From Paenibacillus tyrfis (lineage in GTDB: Bacteria; Bacillota; Bacilli; Paenibacillales; NBRC-103111), in assembly GCF_000722545.1 (NCBI RefSeq), contig NZ_JNVM01000047.1, positions 12,767 to 52,766 on the forward strand: 40,000 nucleotides of DNA. Direction: 5' to 3'. This document shows, in pieces, positions 34,989 to 40,000 of the stretch. A model generated the notes under the pieces. The model made no database searches and was not told where the DNA came from. It saw nothing but the letters and a program-made list of their open reading frames with translations. The position numbers were made by a program, and so were the translations under genes. Position 1 is the stretch's first letter, and every line of letters begins with the position of its first letter.

Positions 34989-36473
34989 CTATCGCTTATT
35001 CCGGTCCATATACCAGCGCGCCAGCTCCCGCGCCTCCTGCTCCGACAAGCCCGCCAAGCGGAAAAATGCGCCGCGTCCGCCCGACGCCACGGCAATCTGC
35101 AAGGTAGACAAGCCGAGCCTGCGCTGAAGCGGCCCGATCTCCACGCTGACGGATTGCACCCGCGACAGCGGAATGACCGCCGTCGTCTTCGCCAACCGGC
35201 GGAAGCGCAAGACGAGCATCCGGCCTTCCCGGCTCCAGCCCGCGCTCCGGTACCTCCACCATTGCCAGACCATGACGAGCGGACACAGCAGCAGCCCGGC
35301 ATAAGCCCACGGGGTAATCAAACCGGCGGCCAGCGCAGCCAGCGCCAGCACGAGCGGAGCAGGCAGCGCATAGCACCACAGCGCCCGCCGCGGCAGCGCA
35401 TGATGCTTCAGCGAAGCCGGAACCTCGAATTGAGGCGTCATCTGCCTCACGAATTCGCCGATCTCGCGGTTGCGAAGCAGCGGGAACAAATGCGCGTTCT
35501 CCCCCTTTTGCGCGCCATAGCTGACGGTTTCCACATAAAGCGCCGAATAGCCGAATAGCTGCCACAGCGGCTCTTCCACAATGCGAATCGCCTGAATCCG
35601 GCGGAGCGGAACGGTCACCTGCCGGCGTTCCAGCAAGCCTCGGGTCAGGAGCAGCTTGTTTTCTTTGCGCGTGATCGTAAAGTTTGCGAACTTCAAGATG
35701 GACGCAATGGCCGAGATCATCCACGCCAGCAGCACAATGCCCAGTGCAAACAAAGGGATCATCGCCGCATCGAGCGCATTCCACAAGTAACGATACACCT
35801 GAAAGTCCGGAAACAGCTCGTCGAGCTTGCCCATGGCCGCCGCCAGCAAAGAAACGGACACCCCGAATCCGCCCGTGGTCAGCGCGGCGACGAACAAGCT
35901 TCCGACCGGAAGCTTGTAGGTCAACCGCAGCTTGGAAGGGTCGCTTCCGGCAGATAAGACCCCGGGCTCGGGCTGCCCTTGACCTTGACCGTGAGACGCT
36001 TTCCCCGGCTCCAGCATGCTTCGCAGCCGCGCGGCGTCCCCGCGGGCAAGCGCCGAGAACACCGCCTCCGGCTTCTGGCCTCCGGCGGTCTGCACCTCGA
36101 CGCGGACCAGCCCGAACAAGCGGTGCAGCACCCCTTCCGTCACATCGACGGACTGGATGCGCTCCAGCGGGATGAACGTCTTTTTTTGCACGAATACGCC
36201 TTGCGTCACCTTAAGCTGTTCTTCCGACACTTCATACCGGAACCGGCGCCAGGACAAAAATCCCCATACGATGGAGCCTACCAGCGCAACCAAGCTCCAG
36301 CCGACCTGAAAATAGAGCGAGGCGCCCGACCCGTAACGCGAATGCTTGGATAGAAAAATCACGATAAGCGGCACGATGAGTCCTTTGACGATCTGCAGCG
36401 AGACCAGGACGGCGGCAAACGGGTGAAGCCTTCCCTCAGAGGTCTTCATGGGACACCTTCGCCAGCTCCGCAA
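34989..36473 (-). CDS. ydbT: YdbT-like membrane protein with three bacterial PH (bPH_2) domains.
   Basis: The protein is 494 aa. A transmembrane-pair plus PH-domain unit recurs three times (for example IPLERIQSVDV, VPLRRIQAIRI and IPLSRVQSVSV). It is paired with ydbS, as in Bacillus. Confidence 0.8.
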   Translation of the reverse strand: MRSWRRCPMKTSEGRLHPFAAVLVSLQIVKGLIVPLIVIFLSKHSRYGSGASLYFQVGWSLVALVGSIVWGFLSWRRFRYEVSEEQLKVTQGVFVQKKTFIPLERIQSVDVTEGVLHRLFGLVRVEVQTAGGQKPEAVFSALARGDAARLRSMLEPGKASHGQGQGQPEPGVLSAGSDPSKLRLTYKLPVGSLFVAALTTGGFGVSVSLLAAAMGKLDELFPDFQVYRYLWNALDAAMIPLFALGIVLLAWMISAIASILKFANFTITRKENKLLLTRGLLERRQVTVPLRRIQAIRIVEEPLWQLFGYSALYVETVSYGAQKGENAHLFPLLRNREIGEFVRQMTPQFEVPASLKHHALPRRALWCYALPAPLVLALAALAAGLITPWAYAGLLLCPLVMVWQWWRYRSAGWSREGRMLVLRFRRLAKTTAVIPLSRVQSVSVEIGPLQRRLGLSTLQIAVASGGRGAFFRLAGLSEQEARELARWYMDRNKR

Positions 36474-36912
36474 TCCGCACGCGCAGCACTTCCGCCGTCT
36501 CGCTCGTCAGCGCGGGGATCTGATGGCTACCTGCCGCCGTGGAGAACGTAATGCCCGCCAGCCCGTAGGCCCGCAGCAGCGGACCTTGATGCGTATCGAC
36601 ATGCTGGATGCGTACCATCGGAATAAGCGTACGCTTGACGAACATGACCCCTTGCTGCAGCATAATTTCGTCTTCCCGCACCTCGTATCGCCACCGTTTC
36701 CAGCGCAGCTCGGGCATGACAAGAACCGTCAGGACGATTTCCGCCAGCACGCCCGCCGCAAGCACAACGGGAATCCACCCGGGCCAATGAAAACGATGCG
36801 CGAGATAAAATACGGCGGCGGCCAGCAGGGCGGAGACCGCCGAGGAGATGAATCCGCTCCATCTCCAGACGACGATGGCTTTGCGGTCGATTTGTTCCTG
36901 CGGCTCGATCAT
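36436..36912 (-). CDS. ydbS: YdbS-like membrane protein with a PH domain.
   Basis: The protein is 158 aa, with two transmembrane helices followed by the motif IPMVRIQHVD. It overlaps the ydbT start. Confidence 0.8.
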   Translation of the reverse strand: MIEPQEQIDRKAIVVWRWSGFISSAVSALLAAAVFYLAHRFHWPGWIPVVLAAGVLAEIVLTVLVMPELRWKRWRYEVREDEIMLQQGVMFVKRTLIPMVRIQHVDTHQGPLLRAYGLAGITFSTAAGSHQIPALTSETAEVLRVRIAELAKVSHEDL

Positions 36913-37010
36913 TCGATTTCACTCCAATACGTGGCAAAAAGCTTTTTCGCTTTATTATCGAACAAAACGGGTCCGCTCTGCAACCGGCCCACCCCAATGT
37001 CATCCTGAAA

Positions 37011-37059
37011 AGACAAAAGCCCGACGCGGTTCATGCTGACGCATGCCGTTTCGGGCTTT
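37011..37059 (-). terminator. Intrinsic terminator downstream of the MmyB-like regulator gene.
   Basis: The outer stem is aaagcccga/tcgggcttt. On the minus strand it is followed by ttttgtctttt. Confidence 0.65.
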
Positions 37060-37120
37060 AGTTCCATGGCTTAGGTGAATGGCGCCGGGGGCATCCCCAG
37101 CCACGGCCACCCTCGGTTGG

Positions 37121-38002
37121 TCATACCGGTTCAGTCGCGCCGGGACGGTCCTTTGCTGCCTCTTCTTGGAGCAGCCCGGCCAGCTTGCGGTCGGTCTCGC
37201 CGTCGGGGAGCGGACGATACAGCGTCAGCTTCAGATCCGGATCGTCGTAAAGTTGGAACGTAATATGCTCCATGATCAGCGTGCCCGCCTTGGGGTGCCG
37301 CATTTCCTTTTTTCCGATCCGCGTGCCGAAGATGTCGTGTCTCGGCCACCATGTGCGGAACTCCGGACTAAGCTCTGTTAATTCTTCGACCAATGCCTTG
37401 AACCACGGTTCACCGACGAACCGGCTGCAGGTCGAGCGGAATTGCGCCAGCAGCCGCTGTGCGTGGTCTTCCCAATCCGCCAGCAGCGCCCGGTATGCAG
37501 GCGAAGCAAAGCAGCGCCAGATCGCGTTCCGCTCCTTATCGTTCATCTGGTTAAAATCGCCGAACACCACGCACGCCGCTTGATTCCAAGCGATGACGTC
37601 CCAGCGATGATCGGTGACGTAAGCCGGGCAGTCGGCAAAATGGTCCATGAAATTTTGCAGCACGGGATGCGCTTTGTCTTTATGCGATATGGCGGCTTGG
37701 GCTGGCGGCAGCTGCTGATGTGCCAGCAGGAACAAGTGATTCCGCTCCTCCACGCTCAAACGAAACACCTGGGCGAGGCTTTCCAATACTTCGGCCGACA
37801 CATGGATGTCTCTCCCCTGCTCCAGCCACGTATACCACGTCAAGCCTACCCCGGCCAGTTGAGCTAGTTCTTCGCGCCGAAGCCCTTTGGCTTTGCGCCG
37901 GGGGCCTGTCGGCAATCCGAAATCTGCGGGCAGTAGCCGGCTTCGGCGGGACTTCAGGAAATCCCCCAGTTCTTTTCTCCGCTCCTGATCTTGACGAATC
38001 AC
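37121..38002 (-). CDS. MmyB-family XRE-type HTH transcriptional regulator.
   Basis: The sequence LGDFLKSRRSRL...GLRREELAQLAGVGLTWYTWLEQGRDIHVSAEVLESLAQVFRLSVEERNHLFLLA is the characteristic MmyB N-terminus. I prefer the GTG start at 38002, preceded by GGAGGAG at an 8-nt spacing. The gene is divergent from the MFS gene. Confidence 0.8.
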   Translation of the reverse strand: MIRQDQERRKELGDFLKSRRSRLLPADFGLPTGPRRKAKGLRREELAQLAGVGLTWYTWLEQGRDIHVSAEVLESLAQVFRLSVEERNHLFLLAHQQLPPAQAAISHKDKAHPVLQNFMDHFADCPAYVTDHRWDVIAWNQAACVVFGDFNQMNDKERNAIWRCFASPAYRALLADWEDHAQRLLAQFRSTCSRFVGEPWFKALVEELTELSPEFRTWWPRHDIFGTRIGKKEMRHPKAGTLIMEHITFQLYDDPDLKLTLYRPLPDGETDRKLAGLLQEEAAKDRPGATEPV

Positions 38003-38128
38003 AGGGCTTTCTCCTCCCAAAACCGTTACTCCGAATACTAGGATAAACAAGAATCTATTTAGATGATTGTAGTTCCTATAACATGACGTTGTAAAGAAAT
38101 CCATCCACCGGACAAGGAGGTGATTCGG

Positions 38129-39355
38129 ATGAAAGCTTCCGTTGCTGAAGCGACGCAACGTTCCCTTTTAACACGCGGCTTGGTGTTTCTTATGGCCGTA
38201 ACCTGTGGTTTTACCGTAGCCAATGTGTATATCAACCAGACGCTATTGGTGAGCATGGCGCATACGTTCCGGACGACCGACGTGCAGATCGGACTGGTGG
38301 CCACGTTGGTTCAGATCGGCTATGCACTCGGTAACCTGTTTCTCGTACCGCTCGGGGACCGGGTGGAGCGGCGGCGGCTGATTATCGCGCTGCTTGGTCT
38401 TGTCAGCCTCGCCTTGGCGTTGGCCGCGCTGGCACCGAGCGCAAGCTGGCTGATTGCCGCCCATCTACTGATCGGCGCGACGACCGTTGTCCCGCAGATC
38501 GTCTTTCCCTGGGCCGCGGAGCTGGCCGATGTCCGGCAGCGCGGCAACGTGCTGGGTAAGGTCGCTATCGGACTCATCTTCGGTATTTTCGGCGCCCGGC
38601 TGCTCAGCGGAATCGTCGACGCCCAGCTCGGCTGGCGGGCGATGTACTGGATTTCGCTCGTCTGCATGCTGCTGCTCATCGGGTGGGTATGCTGGAAGTT
38701 CCCGAGGAGCAAGCCGTCCGGCGCTCTGACGTACGGAGCGCTTTTGCGGTCCTTGGGGCCGTTATTTTTAAAGGAACCCGTCCTGCGGCAAGCTTGCTTG
38801 AGTCAAGGCATGATGTTCGGCGCGTTCAGCGTATTTTGGACCACCCTGGCGTTCCTGCTGAAATCGCCCGAGTACTCGCTAGGAAGCGAATTCGTCGGTA
38901 TCGTGGGTTTGGTCGGTTTCGGAGGCGTGTTTGCCTCGCCCGTCGTCGGACGCATCATTGACCGCAAAGGCGCGTGGTTTGCCAACCTGCTGTGTCTGCT
39001 CGTCGTAGCGGCTTCGTTCCTGCTTCTTGCGGTTTCGAGCAACCGGCTGCCATTCCTGCTGCTCGGCGCATTCCTGCTCACCGTCGGCACGCAAGCGAAC
39101 CAAGTCGCCTGCCAAGCGCGGATCTTCGCGCTGTCTGCCGAAGCTCGCAGCCGGTTGAACGGTTTGTACATGGTTTCGGCCTTTTTGGGCGGCGCGGCAG
39201 GCTCCTATCTCGGAGTACTGGCGTGGAGCCACGGGCAGTGGAGCATGGTGTGCCTCACAGGATCGCTCATGGTTGCCGCGTCGTTCGGCGGGCTGGTCGG
39301 ACGACGCAATCCAGTGCATGGGGCGAGAACCACCGAGGAAAAGTCTGGAATTTAA
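38129..39355 (+). CDS. MFS transporter.
   Basis: The protein has a 12-TM-like hydrophobic profile, and LGDRVERRR is an MFS loop 2-3 motif. The ATG at 38129 is preceded by AAGGAGG at an 8-nt spacing. Confidence 0.8.
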   Translation: MKASVAEATQRSLLTRGLVFLMAVTCGFTVANVYINQTLLVSMAHTFRTTDVQIGLVATLVQIGYALGNLFLVPLGDRVERRRLIIALLGLVSLALALAALAPSASWLIAAHLLIGATTVVPQIVFPWAAELADVRQRGNVLGKVAIGLIFGIFGARLLSGIVDAQLGWRAMYWISLVCMLLLIGWVCWKFPRSKPSGALTYGALLRSLGPLFLKEPVLRQACLSQGMMFGAFSVFWTTLAFLLKSPEYSLGSEFVGIVGLVGFGGVFASPVVGRIIDRKGAWFANLLCLLVVAASFLLLAVSSNRLPFLLLGAFLLTVGTQANQVACQARIFALSAEARSRLNGLYMVSAFLGGAAGSYLGVLAWSHGQWSMVCLTGSLMVAASFGGLVGRRNPVHGARTTEEKSGI

Positions 39356-39381
39356 TAATAAAGGTAAAAGGAGCTTCTATT

Positions 39382-39807
39382 ATGTCATCTTCTCACGAAC
39401 AAACGTACCAAAGGGGCTTAGATATTTTAGCCCAAATCGATAAAGAAAATTATCAGGCTATTGTCGACAGCTTCAAGCACTCCCCCGCTCCCGATCTAGG
39501 GAGGCTCGCCGTCGAATTTAATTACGGACAGCTGTTCTCCCGTCCCGGATTGGATTTGAAATCCCGCTTGCTGGCCTCCGTCGCGGGCTTGACGGCACTG
39601 GGGAACACGCAGCAATTGCGGTTTTATATTAATGGAGCGCTTAACGTCGGCTGGACCGAGGAAGAGATTGTGGAAACGATCCTGCAGATGATCATCTACG
39701 CCGGATTCCCGGTCGCGCTGAACGCGATCTTCACGGTCGCTCGGGAGGTGTTCGAAAGCAGGAGAGCGAACGAAGGCAGTCACGGTGAGAGTCAGGCGGC
39801 GGAATAA
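39382..39807 (+). CDS. Carboxymuconolactone decarboxylase (CMD) family protein.
   Basis: The protein is 141 aa from the ATG at 39382, with AAAGGAG upstream. The segment LDLKSRLLASVAGLTALGNTQQLRFYINGALNVGWTEEEIVETILQMIIYAGFP is typical of CMD proteins. The upstream part of the track ORF overlaps the MFS gene and is discarded. Confidence 0.75.
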   Translation: MSSSHEQTYQRGLDILAQIDKENYQAIVDSFKHSPAPDLGRLAVEFNYGQLFSRPGLDLKSRLLASVAGLTALGNTQQLRFYINGALNVGWTEEEIVETILQMIIYAGFPVALNAIFTVAREVFESRRANEGSHGESQAAE

Positions 39808-39933
39808 CAAAACGGATGCGGATGAGCTAGCGAAGGCAGATAAGAATGAGCCTAAGCGTATGCGAATGAGGAGGAGTGAGCCAAGCGTGGGCTGTTGACG
39901 AGGACGAGCAGGGATAGGCGACGGCAGGCGGGA

Positions 39934-40000
39934 ATGGTTAATTCGGACAATTTACAATTGACGGCCGGCAGGTACGTGCAGGGACCGACAGGGACGCCAC
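39934..40000 (+). CDS. Possible 5' end of a glycerol/alcohol dehydrogenase-like gene, partial at the window edge.
   Basis: MVNSDNLQLTAGRYVQGPTGTP resembles the GldA N-terminus (SPGKYIQG). Only 22 codons are visible and the SD sequence is weak. Confidence 0.25.
   Translation, partial: MVNSDNLQLTAGRYVQGPTGTP

Noticed and set aside
1-40000. I scanned the window for CRISPR arrays, rRNA or tRNA genes, reverse transcriptases (retron or DGR) and toxin-antitoxin pairs.
   Set aside because: I saw no regularly spaced repeats, no tRNA-like cloverleaf or rRNA-like segments, and no RT (YxDD) motifs in any long ORF. A tRNAscan or Infernal run would be needed to exclude small RNAs formally.

Overview
The window joins two very different regions. 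Positions 1 to about 24845 are a low-GC mosaic genomic island. Hand counts of sample 60-nt lines give about 32% GC in its centre and about 48-60% at its left end. From about 24836 onward the sequence is a high-GC (about 70% in sampled lines) Bacillales/Paenibacillaceae-type backbone: rlmCD, dagK, a cbiX/sirB-like gene, yerC, namA, gap, ydbS/ydbT, an MmyB-type regulator, an MFS transporter and a CMD-family gene.

The island abuts the 3' end of rlmCD, next to a tyrosine integrase, and its left end lies outside the window. The main cargo is an all-minus-strand locus at 1-16300 that looks like a non-canonical relative of the Dpd 7-deazaguanine DNA-modification/restriction system. It contains:
- queC-queD-queE, the preQ0 pathway, with no queF or folE.
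- A YhhQ/VUT-type precursor transporter.
- Two divergent TGT/DpdA-like transglycosylases. One carries a roughly 300-aa N-terminal extension whose first ~200 aa form a DUF6884/YaaA-like domain.
- A 1063-aa P-loop NTPase.
- Two orphan proteins.
- A translationally coupled SNF2 helicase plus RecQ-like helicase pair. The RecQ-like gene is open at the window edge and missing from the ORF track.

No ParB-like DpdB, obvious DpdC, methyltransferase or nuclease is visible in the window.

Between this locus and the integrase lie a decayed conjugative-element remnant (a frameshifted NlpC/P60 gene and a P-loop fragment), an unlisted 56-aa excisionase-type ORF, an intact recombinase-in-trio (RIT) element with a fourth decayed recombinase, and a family of related palindromes.

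The backbone holds two more items of note. One is an SR1P-like peptide ORF directly behind a stand-alone gap paralogue. The other is a 2.1-kb lower-GC islet bracketed by a duplicated 17-bp terminator hairpin. All functional calls rest on motifs I read by eye. No database search was possible.
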